Shown here: piece after piece, positions 23,550 through 34,500 of the stretch | Numbering within the stretch: position 1 is the stretch's first letter | Layout: the number at the start of each line of letters is the position of its first letter | Source: Callorhinchus milii | Taxonomy: Eukaryota | DNA length: 64,000 bases | Direction: 5' to 3' | NCBI RefSeq assembly: GCF_018977255.1 | Contig: NW_024704750.1 | Coordinates: 2,976,001 to 3,040,000 of the forward strand | Made by a program: the position numbers and the translations under genes | The notes under the pieces: model-generated | Told to the model about the DNA's origin: nothing | Databases searched by the model: none | What the model saw: only the letters and a program-made list of their open reading frames with translations

Positions 23550-26445
23550 TGAGAAGAATGATGTACTAGCAACAACTGTACTCCGTTTGTTAACTCGCAT
23601 GAACTGCATTACCCTTGTGCTCCTGTCACAAAGAGACAAATGTACATATGTTTCAGAGAGAGCAAAGATTGTTCAATCTTGACGTAAATTGTAGGCCATC
23701 TTTTGGGATCATTTGTGGTAGAACCTGCAAAGATTTCCAGTTTCTGGTCTTCAATTGCAGCACCTTACCTTCTGTCAAACTCTTGTCTACAACCTCGCTG
23801 AATAAAATACAGGAGGACAAAATAAGATTGCATCCACACAAGCCTTGTCGTTTGAGAAAAGGTAACTAAACATTTCCTGATTAGTTATACAACCAGTGAT
23901 GGGACCACAGAAGACAAAAATGCTGAAAGTTTTAGCTTCTTTGCTTTTAAAAATGAATGTACTTGTTTTTAGCTAAATTTGTAAATTTGTGATTACTCAA
24001 GTGTGGGAAAGGGGACTTGCAACAAGCACTTGTTGTTTATTTTGGCAATGCCGAAAGTTTACAGAGTATTTTTGTTTGTTTGGATGTGGACCTTGCATTG
24101 GTATTTTAATGCTGCCTGCTTGTTTTAATATTCTTGTAATAATTCATACCTTTTAATAATGTGATACAAACCGCATTATGTGGGGTGCCGAACACACACA
24201 TGTTCAGCTCATAAATCTCCACTTTGATCAAACCAATGTAACTCCAGTGTTGTCAAATGTAACAGGTGTAGCTTTGAGTGGGAGGAGGAAATACACGGAA
24301 AGCACTTCAGATGTTTCGAGGATGGAATGAGGTATAGAAATATTTTGTTGAAGAAAGATGGTACCAGGGACCAGACGAACACAGGGAAAAACAATAAAAC
24401 CAAGATTAAATGAATTACTGTACATTTACATAATTATTGAGGTCAACTCAGCCTTTATGAAAGTTTTCTATCAAGTTTTGCATTGAATGATTGGGAACTA
24501 GAAGGGAGTAGGTACTGCTTGTGTGAACTTTACTGATTGTATGCTATATTTCTTTCATCGCAGTAATATAAATCTAGTCAAATTGCCGTGTATTGAGATT
24601 TATCAATGCTGACACTACGTATTAATGTCTTATAGACTTGGATGTGTTTTGATTGTATGGACCGAGATAACCTATTACAGATAAACTTGCATAACCTATT
24701 ACAGTATGTATCTTTCATTTGGAATAAACACTGTTTTTAAAATGTATTGGATTGGCAAATGCACTTTTTGTTACAACATAGATTGAGAGAAAGTTTAATT
24801 GTATTTCTGGTGATTTTCGTTCCTTGTACCCCATGCAAGATGCATGGCAGAAATCTACTGGTGTGTCAGTGGTATTCTTCACATATGCGTCTTGACAGGT
24901 TATTTGACTATGGAGTGGGAGGGCTTCATTGACTAAGCCTGACCTCCACACACACACTTACCCACATATACTTTCCAGAAGAGATCATTGAGCGGATTTA
25001 TTTCCTTTTCTCCTTATCTTCCAAGCCTGGGGACACTGAAACCAATCATCATATCCCACCACCTGCCACTGGCTAACTCCGGTCTCCTTGATCTTTCACG
25101 ACTTAGTCTGGCAATACGTGGTACAATTCAGCAATTGGCAAAGCATAGGCCCTTTGTTTCCTGCAAAATTAATATTTCCAGCAAAATAATAAATATCTCA
25201 AAAAATTATAAAAGGAAATGATTGATTGTGGTGGTTTCCAGAAAGAGATATCATCACACTCTTAGATTCATTAAGACAGTTCTGCAATAGAATTATTAAA
25301 GTGGTAGAACTGGTCACATATCAAAACTACAATTGCTGTTTTCAGTCCATATTGACTAAAGTGTAGGAAACCCAACTAAATGTGACCAGGTTGCACTGCC
25401 TGAAAATTTTAATGTATTTTTAAGCAATACAATACTTATTCAATTAATTACACACCATTTGATGGGACTAAAATCTAATTTTTAAACAGAATGTGCCAGC
25501 AATAACGCAAGCAGCAGTCATGATCTCGCAAGACCATTGCAATGAATTCATGCTGATGGCTATTAATTTGGATTTTATTACACGTATGCATGAAGGTGGT
25601 GCAAAAATGGATACTTGTAACTTAAATTAATATGATGACAACATTGAAGGAATAACTGCTCATTTCTATTTGGTTTCACACTTCGCCAAGAAAGCCAATG
25701 ACTTGACACGTGTAGAATTTGCATAGTTTGCAAGCTTCGAGTGTGCATGCATCCTGGAGATAAGATGCACGGCCTCAAAAATAGTATCCATGTCGCGAAT
25801 GATCAAAATAAAAATACAATTTTGGAATTAGGAGTATGTTTCCTTTGACAGAACGTGGAGATAATTGGCGAATGAGTCATTTCCTGCTCAGTCAGGAGTC
25901 GGGTCTGTGTGATAAGCAGTTCTGAAATGCATGCATGCTTGCACTGATTAAATACGTCATTCCTTTTTTTTTCCACAGATAATACATCTGTAGCTCAACT
26001 GTCTGCATGAGTACTGTCTGACATTTTGCAATGTGGATCTGAACAGACTTCAAAAATAATGACTCAAAATCAGATAATTCCTTTTAAAAGAAAATACTTG
26101 GTGCAGTCAACACTTTTAGGTATTATCAAATATGCAGAAAATGAGCCATTCAATTCGGATTGTAAATAAACCCAAAGGTTGAGTGTTTTCTTTGGTTAGC
26201 AGGTGACCTATTTAGTGGAGGGTCTCAGTTTGAAATACCCATTAGGAGTGACAATCACCAGGTGATTTTCATTTCCTCTCCCTTTCTTCCTCAAAATCCC
26301 TGTTACAATCAGAAACATGTTAGGAATTACAATAGCTGACTCCTTCTATGGCACTCTATGTCACCATTTTTTTATGTAGCACTATCCAAGCATTATGACA
26401 CCTGACTACCCTTCACTTACTTACTTGCACTGTAGATTTATGTAT

Positions 26446-26680
26446 TAAGAACATAAGAATTAGGAGCAGGAGTAGGCCATTCGGCCCCTCGTGCCTGCTC
26501 CGCCATTCAATAAGATCATGGCTGATCTTCTCACCTAACTCCGATTACCTGCCCTATCCCCATATCCCCTAATCCCTCTATTTTTCAAGAATCTATCAGT
26601 CTCCGCCTTGAAAATGTTCAAGGACTGAGCATCTACAGCCTTCTGGAGTAGTGAATTCCATAAATTCACTACCCTCTGAG
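26446..26680 (-). mobile_element. CR1/HER1-like LINE 3' end
   Basis: taagaacataagaattaggagcaggagtaggccattcggcccctc...; same family as 12353-12590. Confidence 0.75.
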
Positions 26681-27310
26681 TAATGAGATGGATCGGGTGG
26701 AATTCAATACTGCATTTGGAACTGGAATGCAGTTCGCCCAGAACACGCAGTCACAACGCTTTACAATGCATCCTGTGCAGCGCTTTAGTAAGACGCCTCA
26801 ACGACGTGATAACACCCTCATCAAATACATGGATTATTATTATTATTACTGCTTAACATCTAAAAGTAGTTGGGATTTTTTTTTACAAATCCGGGTCAAT
26901 GCTAGCAGACCATAGGGGAATGCAACTCTCTTGATGGCAGCCTGTTTGCAGATTTGTGTTGCATTTCTTTTAAAATCTGAAATATAGAAATATGAATTAA
27001 TTTGAACTGGGATCCTGTGACTCAATTTTCCTTAAATCTGTCTGAAAATCAATTTGAGCTACAGCTGTGCCTCTTGTCCATGTATGTGTGGGCACATTTG
27101 TCTGCTTGTGAACAAAGCTTCCTTTCAGCGTTTATGCAATTAAACTTAATGCTCTGCATTCTTTGCAAAGGGACATTCTCTTCCAATGCCTTATCAAAAG
27201 GGGAAAACTTACATTTGGTAAAATGTCATTAGAAGTTCCCATTGGTAACATTTTAACTCCATTTTAACATTTCCCTTTCTCCCCGGTGCCCTATGTGTGT
27301 GTCGATGAGC

Positions 27311-27630
27311 AATAATAATAATCCTTGTATTTGATACAGCGACTTATCATGTCTTGGAGACGTCACAAAGAGCTTCATAGAATACACTGTAAAGTGAATT
27401 AATTGTAAATTTTTGGGCGAAACATGGCAGCCAATTGCGCACCACAGCGTCCCACAAACAATCGCGGATTGAGTAACCACATTTTTTAAAGAGATTATTA
27501 TATCCAGAAAAACGATCCGCCAATTGACTAAACAGAGGTAAAGGTAAACAAGAGGTGTGTGTGTGTGTGGAGTAAGCAAACTTGCCTATTGTTTGGCCCT
27601 GCCTGGGAATCGAACCCAGGGCCTCTCTGG
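27311..27630 (-). mobile_element. tRNA-derived Deu/L2-tail SINE, near full length
   Basis: (AAT)n tail, SINE body, and B-box remnant (ggttcgattcc on the minus strand). Confidence 0.7.
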
Positions 27631-29244
27631 ATACGCATTTTCTCTGAAGCGCAGTTTTCAGCAAAACATTCAGGTCTGTACATGTGGCGGTATCACGTTC
27701 ACAATCTGATTTTCAATTCCCTTTAAAATTCAAAAGATCTTTCAGAACCTTCCTCAATGTAATGTGTACCCAGAATTCACAGACAAAGACATCTTATCTC
27801 CTACGGAATGAAACAATGACTTTGTTGCATTCACCTTTTCAGTAGCGCACCTTTCAGGCCAACAACTAGTGCTCTGCGCTCAATAGATTCCACATAATCT
27901 CTTGCTACTATCACAAGCTGTTCCAATAAGAATCTGATAAAAACTCTGGAAAGCTTCAAAGAAGGCTACAGCCATGAGGAAAGATCATGATTGCCTTTTG
28001 AAGAAGACAAGAGTTTAAAATTATATACGATTAGGATAATTTATTCTGCCATGTAACAAAAGAACTAGACTGAGTTCTCAGAAATTTAAAGAATTCAGGG
28101 TTATTAGATGAAGAGGTAGATGTGTTAAAAGGAATCCTTTAGAAAGTTGGTTGGGTAATGAGTTGGGCCAGTGGTATTCTCAGTAGACTACTGTGTGCAA
28201 ACTCTTACAATATTCTGTTGTGTCAGCTTTTCACCTCTGAGGCAGAAGTAAGTGGTTTCAAGCCTCATGGGAGCAGTGCAATGTTGCAGGTACCGTACTT
28301 TCGATGAGACGTTAAACTGATAATCTATCTGCCTGTTCAGGTGGACATAAAAGACCCACGGCACCGTTCTTCTTGAATTTGAAAATTACGTTTGCCTTCA
28401 AATTGCAGTCACAACACTTCACTAGAAATTCTTTGTGCTTTGAGACATCCTCCTGACGTGAAGGTGCGATACGAAATGCAATGGTTATTATTGTTACTCA
28501 AAATGTAATCAGAGAAAACAAGATACGCCCCACTTACACAAGAGAAATTGGCCATACTTCAATCTGATCTGAGGGATTTGATGGTACCAGCTCTTTGATG
28601 CCAAACCGTAAAACACTCATAGAAAAAAATATATTAGGGAATTCCCATTAGGGAATTAACAATGAATCGCTAGTCAACACAATTACTATGGAGAGCAATT
28701 GAATTAATCTTTTGGGGATACTCGGGTTTTGGGTGAATGTATTAATACATAAAATCAAGGATGTTGAAACAATGTCGGAACAATGATGCCCACTGATCTG
28801 CACAATCTTTTCTGCACAATCCTATAACAGATGGCAATGCTCCTATTAAACTTTTTTGGGTTTAAAAACAACTGACGGCTCTGAAGGGGAAAGAAAAACC
28901 CCAGAAAGGAAACAATGAGAATGAGAAAAAATCCTGATAATGTTTGCTGTGCGCTCATATATTACACAAAACAAAAACAATACATGCTCAGGGTGCCAGA
29001 TCAGTAAAGTAATTACTTCCTTGACGTTTCCTCCAGATTAAAGGATTGAGAAGGCAGCAGGCTCTCTTAAGAAACAGGATGTTGTTGGACTGCTTCCAGT
29101 TGTTGGTGAGTTCAAAAGTATAGGGCACGAAAATAAGGCAGCTCGCAGATTTAATAAGGAGTACGTGAAAAACTTCATGCCGTGGTGGTGAGAATGTGAA
29201 CCTCACTACTGGAAAACTATGGTTGAAGCAAAAAGTATCAATGT

Positions 29245-29392
29245 AATAATAATAATAATAATAATCCTTGCGTTTGATCTAGCGTCTTATCATCTTGTTG
29301 AGAAGCCTCAAAGTGTTTCACAGGATATACCCTAAAGTGGATTGACTGTGCATTTTGTGGGTCAAACGCAGCAGCCGGTTGCGCACAGCAAA
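29245..29392 (-). mobile_element. 5'-truncated SINE
   Basis: (AAT)n ccttgcgtttgat... reverse SINE tail and body. Confidence 0.65.
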
Positions 29393-29589
29393 CTGTTGAG
29401 CCCCAAACTAAACGTAAAGAGAAAGCCCGATGCATACACAGGGGGGAAAAGAACAGGGGGAGACAGGAGAGGGAATACGAGGGGTTGGGGGACAGGGGCT
29501 CCTGCGGAGTATAAACGCCAGCAGGAACCGGTCAGCGATGAGGTCAATAAAAGGCCTGCGGAGCAACAACTGAATGAACCTTTTGAGGA

Positions 29590-30158
29590 TACTCAGGTTT
29601 TGGGGTCCGAAAGGCTGACTGTCCAGCGCCTTGGGACGTCCTCCCGACGCAAGAGGGGCTGTACAAAAGTAAACGTTGCTGCTGTTGTTGTTGNNNNNNN
29701 NNNNNNNNNNNNNNNNNNNNNNNNNNNNNNNNNNNNNNNNNNNNNNNNNNNNNNNNNNNNNNNNNNNNNNNNNNNNNNNNNNNNNNNNNNNNNNNNNNNN
29801 NNNNNNNNNNNNNNNNNNNNNNNNNTTGGTGGTGTTGTTGTTGGTGGTGTTGTTGTTGTTGTTGGTGGTGGTGGTGTTGTTGGTGTNNNNNNNNNNNNNN
29901 NNNNNNNNNNNNNNNNNNNNNNNNNNNNNNNNNNNNNNNNNNNNNNNNNNNNNNNNNNNNNNNNNNNNNNNNNNNNNNNNNNNNNNNNNNNNNNNNNNNN
30001 NNNNNNNNNNNNNNNNNNNNNNNNNNNNNNNNNNNNNNNNNNNNNNNNNNNNNNNNNNNNNNNNNNNNNNNNNNNNNNGGTGTTGTTGGCGGTGGTGGTG
30101 TTGTTGGTGGTGGTGTTGTTGGTGGTGGTGTTGTTGTTGTTGTTGTTGGTGTTGTTGT
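29590..30158 (+). repeat. L2 3' tail running into a (GTT/GGT)n microsatellite, interrupted by assembly gaps
   Basis: gtccagcgccttgggacgtcctcccgacg... then GTT/GGT repeats; N runs at 29694-29825 and 29887-30078. Confidence 0.8.
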
Positions 30159-30174
30159 CTGCAGCTCTGTGCAA

Positions 30175-30819
30175 TGGGGAGGGGAGGGGTTAAGGCGGGG
30201 GGGGGGGGGGAGTGGGGAGTGGGCGGGGCTGTTGGCTCTCACTCACGCGCACGCAGGCACGTAAGGCACGCCCCTTGACGTGGCTAGCCACGCACGCACG
30301 CACGCACGCACCCCGCCAGGCGGACAGCTCGCGCCCTCCTCTGCCGCCCGCCTTCGGATGGGAGGCGGAGATTGTGGGTCCCGGGAGCGCGAGACGCTGA
30401 CAGACAGTCACTCACTCACTCACACACACACACAGCGCTCCTCACTCACTCTCTCACACACACACCGCTCACTCACTCACTCTCTGTCTCGCTGTGCGGG
30501 CGGAATAAAAGCCATTGCAGAGCAGCGGCGACGACGACGAGAATCAATTATTTGACTGATAAAAAGCCGCGAGACGTCCCCCGTCGAGAAGAGAAGAGAA
30601 GGCGAAAAAAAAAAATCACCACAGAGACTGAGAGACTTTTTTTTTTTTGCGCGACGAACTGATTGCAAACGGTTCCCGAGAGAAGGCGGCGCGAGCCCCC
30701 CCCCCACCCCCCGCCCCTCACACCCACCCCCTCCCCCGCCCCTCTGTGGTACCCAGAGCCGCCTCCCTCCCTCCCTCCCTCTCTCCCTCCCGTCTCCCTC
30801 GTGTGTGCGGGGAGCAGCG
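30175..30819 (+). promoter_or_regulatory. sgpp1 CpG-island promoter and 5' UTR
   Basis: GC boxes near 30194 and 30219, TGACGTGGC at 30276, (GCAC)n; CpG-rich into exon 1. Confidence 0.65.
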
Positions 30820-31506
30820 ATGGAGCCGTCGTCGAAGGGCCCGAGGCCGGGCGGGGTGTGCGCGCTGCTGAGGTACCTGCAGGGCCCTCACCCGGTGGCC
30901 CGGTTTCAGCAGATGTGCGGCGTGGCTCGAGCCGCCCCCGCGCCGCCCTCGCTGGGCAACGGCGTGTGCCTCCCGCGGCCCGGGGCCGGGCTCGGGGGGG
31001 AGGCCGAGGGGGAGGCCGGAGCCGCCGGGGGCGGCGGGGACTCGGCGCCTCCCGCCGCCTCCGCTCACCCGCACTCGGCGGCGAACGGCGAGCCCGCGCG
31101 GGCGGACTGGCGCCAGAGGCCGACCGGCGTCAAGTCGAAGCCGCGCCGCAAGAACTCGCTGAGCGACGAGACGGGCGCCGAGTTCATCGTGAGGAACAAA
31201 CTGCTCTACTACCTCTTCAGCTTCGGCACCGAGTTGGGCAACGAGCTCTTCTACATCACCTTCTTCCCCTTCTGGCTGTGGAACATCGACCCGTACGTGG
31301 GCCGCCGGCTGATCGTGATCTGGGTCTGGGTCATGTACCTGGGCCAGTGCACCAAGGACATCATCCGCCTGCCCCGGCCCAGCTCGCCGCCCGTCGTCAA
31401 GGTGGAGGTGTTCTACGACTCCGAGTACGGGATGCCCTCCACCCACGCCATGTCCGGCACCGCCATCCCCTTCGCTCTCTTCTTCTTAACCGTCGGCAGG
31501 TGGGAG
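30820..31506 (+). CDS. sgpp1: sgpp1 exon 1
   Basis: gcgATGG start; [17 protein letters not shown]...PSTHAM; GAG|GTAAGT donor. Confidence 0.93.
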
Positions 31507-34500
31507 GTAAGTCCCCCGACACCCCCCCCCCCCTCCCTCTCTCTCTCTTACTTACTCTCTCATCCAAGGTACAAAATCACTCAGAAAGCCTTTCGATGTG
31601 TGTGTATATCAATATATATATATATGTATATCAAGTGAGTTGCAGCAACTCCTTTCGCCCTGAGTTGACAGTGACGAGTGAACCTTTGAGGAGCTGAGGG
31701 GAAGGGAGGCGGCATCTGTGTCCAAGAGGTTGTCCAGTACCTAAAGTGGAAAATAGGTTTAAGGTTTTAGGGTCACGACCCTCATCGGTTAACATTTTGA
31801 GTGAGGAGCCTCCATTGGTTACGGTTTCGGGTTGGGTTAAGGTCCTCCGTTGGTTAAGGTCTCAGATGGAGGGTTAGGACCCTCCGTCTTGTGATGTTCA
31901 GCTGTGACCTTTCCTCGAAACTGTTGGGTTGGTCATAACATTGCATTGAAACATTCATTTGTTTTCTCTAAGAAGCGAGTGCAGCAATAACCTCGTGTGG
32001 ATTTCCAGCATCTTTGTTTTAGTTCTGATTTTCTGCATGACATTATTTGCTTCCTAATATAAATGAATTAATGAACGCAAGCAATCCCCTAATCAGGTTC
32101 GACAAGGCTCAGCAGTCGGTGCTAAGAGAACAGTGTTAAGTGATTCTGTTTTTTATTTGTTCATTTTTCCAAGATGGTCTGACAGATAAAATTAATCACA
32201 ATCAGTGCTTGTGTAGCATGAGATGATAGGTTTTGTCTTGAGGTGAGGTCGTCTCTGAATGGTTCCAGCTGTGCTGAACCCAGGTGAATGCAGAAGAAAT
32301 GTTGTGTGGCATTTGTTACAGATGTGACTTTTGTACGACATTAAACTTATTCTGTTTATTTCTAGAAACTGTTGCGGTTTGTTTTACACCAAACTCAAGC
32401 TGAACGATAAAATTCTTGAGTGAAGCTGACATTACTTTAGTGGTTTACAAGCGTTCTATAGTGATAAGTGCTCTGAGATGCCGTCCGGTGTGGAGGGCGC
32501 TATATATAAATTCAAGTTATTGTTGTTGATTGCAAAATATTCTCCAAATTCTGTGAGAATGCATGCACCCAATTGCAGGGGATTTTAAAAAATTCTAACT
32601 AAAATGAGGAAGTTGCCTTCGTTATTTGTTTGGAGGCGGGGGGGTTTTGAAGAAAATTTCTGAGGAGACTCAATGTCTCATCTAGCCTTATCACTATTAC
32701 AATGTGTGCAATGCTATCTGCTCTAACTACACCAATTTATCGATGGCTAAGAACCAAGAAACGAGTTGTTCATAAAAAAATTGCTGGGTCCCTATTATTG
32801 TTATCAGTCTGTTTGTTTTGGTGAACAGCAGGTTTCTTCCATTTATGCCCTTCTTATCCATTGTTTTTAATCAGATAATATGAGGTGGATTTACATTAAG
32901 TTTTTTTTAACTCACCAGAGAGATTGTTTTATAATCCACAAGCAGTAGGCAAATTGGAGGGATTGAGACAGGGAGCTCCAGAGTTTTATCATAGTGGAGT
33001 CCTGTAACTCAGTGGTTAGAGCACTCGCTTTGCAAGTGAGAGACCTGAGTTCAATTCCAGGCAGAGGGCGAAACCTTGGGCAAGTTTCCTTACTCCACAC
33101 AGAGCCTAATAATAATCCCTCCAAAAACCAAAAAACAATAATAAATTAGTCATTTTCAATCTACGACTGTTTGTGGGACATTGCTGTGAGCAATTGGCTG
33201 CCGCGTTCGCCCACAAATATACAGTCAATTCACTTTACAGTGTGTTCTGTGAAGCGCTTTGGGACGTCCTCCCGACGTGAAAAGTGCTATATCAAATGCT
33301 ATTATTATTATTATAGTGACTGAAAGCACGTTCGCCATGCTTTAAGGTTAGATAGAATGATGGTCTTTTAGAAACCAGAACTGTTTTTCTGCATGTTGCG
33401 TTATTGAGACGTCTTAAAGCACCAACCACGATTTTTATGTGATGTGTAGTGACTGTATATTTGTAGGCAAATGCAGCAGCCAATTTGCGCACAACAAATT
33501 TTATTTGGATGATTGTTGGCCAGGACAATGGTAGAAATTCCCTTTCTATTGAATAGTGGTATGGGATTTTTAACGTCCACCTGAAGAGGCAGACAAGGCC
33601 TTGGTTTAACATCTCATTTGAAAAAATGGCACCTCCAACAATGCATCGCACCCCCAGCATTGGGGTGTCAGCTTAGACTGAGTTCAAAGTCCTGACTTGT
33701 GGCTTGAATCCACAACCTTCTGACTATTGAGATGAGAATGCTATCAACTGAGCTGAGCTGGCACACGCTTGACACAAGGAAAGTGAAAGTGATACAGCTT
33801 TTAGTTGACTGCATTTTTGGTTAAATGCTGGCCTATTCTTTCTTGACGCCCTGAAGGTTTTACGTTTTAGAATTAATTGCCCTTTTTTGTGAGAAGTAGA
33901 TGTAGGTGATTCTGGTCCCACCCACATCTGTATGCCAGACTTGAAACCTGTCACCAGAAGCTGTGTGAAAGAGACCTGGGGGGTGATTCAGTTCCTGATT
34001 TACCCTTCCTGAAAATCACTGCTTCTGCATTCATTCACCGAAATGGATGAGATCAGGGGTTTGATTAGGATAAAAAAGGCCCTTTAGCCCATCTGATCTC
34101 AATCTTCTGGAACATCCAACCATCCTTTGACCCGCCGAAACCCTCATACGTGCCATCATTACATTGAGGCTTGACTATGCAAACTCATTGCTCTCCAACT
34201 CCTTCCTCCATAGGCTGCAGATCATCCAGAACTCTGCAGCCTACATCCTCTCCCAAACTAGGCTCCGTGACCCTATCACCCCCATCCTCACCTGACTCCA
34301 CTGGCTTCCCATCACACAGAGGATACAGTTCAAGATCCCAGTCCTGACTTTCAAAGCCCTGCATAGTCTTGCTCTCCCCTACCTCTGCAACCTCCTAACC
34401 CCCTACCATCCTGCTCACTCCCTCCACTCGGTGGATTCCGGCCTGCTTCACGGCCACCGCCTCGTTCGCCCCATTATTAGTGGGTGTGCCTTCTGTCATT

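Noticed and set aside
24668-24703. Short direct repeat ATAACCTATTACAG x2 (similar micro-duplications near 8606, 14405, 43730)
   Set aside because: Ordinary slippage duplications with no further structure.
29342-30278. ORFs of 190-283 aa, including polyQ/H-looking frames
   Set aside because: They span N gaps and a GTT/GGT microsatellite; unrelated to the ataxin-3 polyQ.
30663-31697. 344-aa alternative-frame ORF and 242-aa antisense ORF over sgpp1 exon 1
   Set aside because: Expected shadows of a high-GC coding exon; no ATG-led recognisable protein.
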